Of a stretch of 50,153 nt of DNA, positions 48,791-50,153 are shown piece by piece. The notes under the pieces are model-generated. The model did no database searches. It had not been told where the DNA came from and saw only the letters and a list, made by a program, of their open reading frames with translations. How positions within the stretch are numbered: position 1 is the stretch's first letter; the number at the start of each line of letters is the position of its first letter. Source of the DNA: Reclinomonas americana ATCC 50394 (lineage: Eukaryota); contig PS015202.1 in the NCBI GenBank assembly GCA_048213135.1, positions 10,935 through 61,087 of the forward strand, in the 5' to 3' direction. Both the position numbers and the translations under genes were made by a program.

Positions 48791-50153
48791 TTACAACTTG
48801 CGGATACTCATAAAGCCCTCGCCAGGATCCTCGCAGTTGAAGGAGATCGCCACTTTGGCGCCATCCGGCAGCGCCAGGAAATCAATCATGGTGAGTCCCG
48901 TGATGGCACCGGCGGGGTGGCGACCTACTGGCGCCAGCCGGCCCGACGAGTGATGTAGTGCGTAGCTGCGGGAGGGCAAACAGGCAATCAGCACGGTGTA
49001 ACAATGTAGAGAAAGATGACGCATGGGAAACACGCACGAATTGGAGTTGAGGGCCGACAAGACGGCGTCGCCATTGACGTGCAGCTGCACTGTGGGTTTC
49101 TTGCGCGAGTAGAAGCCGAACGAGATTTCGTAGAGACCGCCCGACACCACAGTAATGTTGACACGGTCCTTCTCCCACAAAAAGTTGTCGGGGTTGGTGT
49201 TGACCACTTGCACATTCCACGGCACTCCGTGTCCGTTCTTCAACCGGCCACTCTTCCAGATCCAGCGCCCCAGCAGATTCTGCGAGCAGAGCGCATCGTT
49301 GATGACACTCTGCTCGTCCAGGCCGCGACTGTACTCGGTCGTTGTCACTCGCGTGGCAATCATGTCCTCCAGTTCACTGGCGACTCGGTTCACGTGTTGA
49401 ATGTCTGCAGCAGCACCGAGTGTCAACCTCTGCCAGAATGGTCACTCAAAAAATCGCGGTCTCTCGCTGACGAACCTGCTTTCACGTCCAGCAACTTCAG
49501 CATGTCTTCCACGTTGGCCTTGACCGCCAGCTCCCGCCTCATTTCATCCATAATCACATCCGTCGTCAGCGTCGTCAAGCAGCGTTCCACTGACCGCTGC
49601 ACGATTTCTCCACTCTTGTCGTCCACAGCTCGCATCACAAAGTCCACGTCGGCCTTGCCCTCGATTGCGCGGCGGAAGACGTCTGTCAGCGCCACATGAG
49701 CACACCTCGATCGGACGAGGAAAAATAAAGAACATACACGCACACACAAACCTGCGGTAACTCGTCCCTCCAGTGCCCTCGCCACCTCATCGCGTGTGGT
49801 GTCCAAGCGAACATTGAAAAAGTCCTTTTCCTCGTGCAGTTTCAGATCGAACGACCGCCGCAACTCGTCCACCTCGGTCATCAGCCTCGTGTCGGTTATG
49901 CGGCGCACTTCGTCGACAAACTGCAACACGCGCGCGCACAGTGAGCGAGTGACGCAAACACAGGCAGGAGACTGGTGTCACACGCAACATCAGTGCGCAC
50001 GCGCTCCTCGACAAAGCGGCGCACGGCTTCTGCGTCGGCCTTGGTTCGCTGCTGCGATTCGTGCCTCTCCGATTCGAGCCGATTGTCGAGCACCCGCCTC
50101 GTGTCCTCACTGGAAAACAACAAACTACATGAGATACTTCCCCTTCCGACCTC
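48791..50153 (-). CDS. Coiled-coil protein with C-terminal C1q/TNF-like beta-sandwich; 5' end beyond window
   Basis: Heptad-rich exons with KADVD/KANVED repeats, followed by GRWIWKSG..VPWNVQVVNTNPDNFLW..ITVVSGGLYEISFGF..QLHVNG..DFLALPDGAKVAISF..GFMSIRKL*. The C1q-like assignment is by recalled pattern only. Confidence 0.75.

Overview
Gene-dense, intron-rich eukaryotic (protist-like) genomic DNA with short spliceosomal introns (mostly about 55-100 nt), (CA/TG)n and (GA)n microsatellites and seven assembly gaps. Spliced gene models built by hand: on the minus strand, a multi-pass membrane protein (partial), a giant HECT E3 ligase, a papain/cathepsin L-like protease, a secreted tectonin-type beta-propeller and a coiled-coil/zinc-finger gene; on the plus strand, a Maf (YhdE-type) pyrophosphatase and a Q/P-rich protein; then a UBL-HEPN-NACHT-pentapeptide-WD40 NLR-like gene (-), an FN3 type I membrane protein (+), a Piezo channel (+), 3-hydroxyisobutyryl-CoA hydrolase (+) and a coiled-coil protein with a C1q/TNF-like C-terminus (-, partial). 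The most striking observation is at 18957-20102 (-), which looks non-coding. It is a tandem array of 13 microexons (twelve of 3 nt, one of 6 nt), each flanked by a complete intron. Together they spell the loop between CRFHPG and WTCC of a zinc-finger motif almost one codon per exon, and all 21 introns of that gene are phase 0. Second, at least 20 introns use a +1-shifted donor class (GTTGCG/GTTGAG). All models are inferred from sequence alone and need transcript confirmation.
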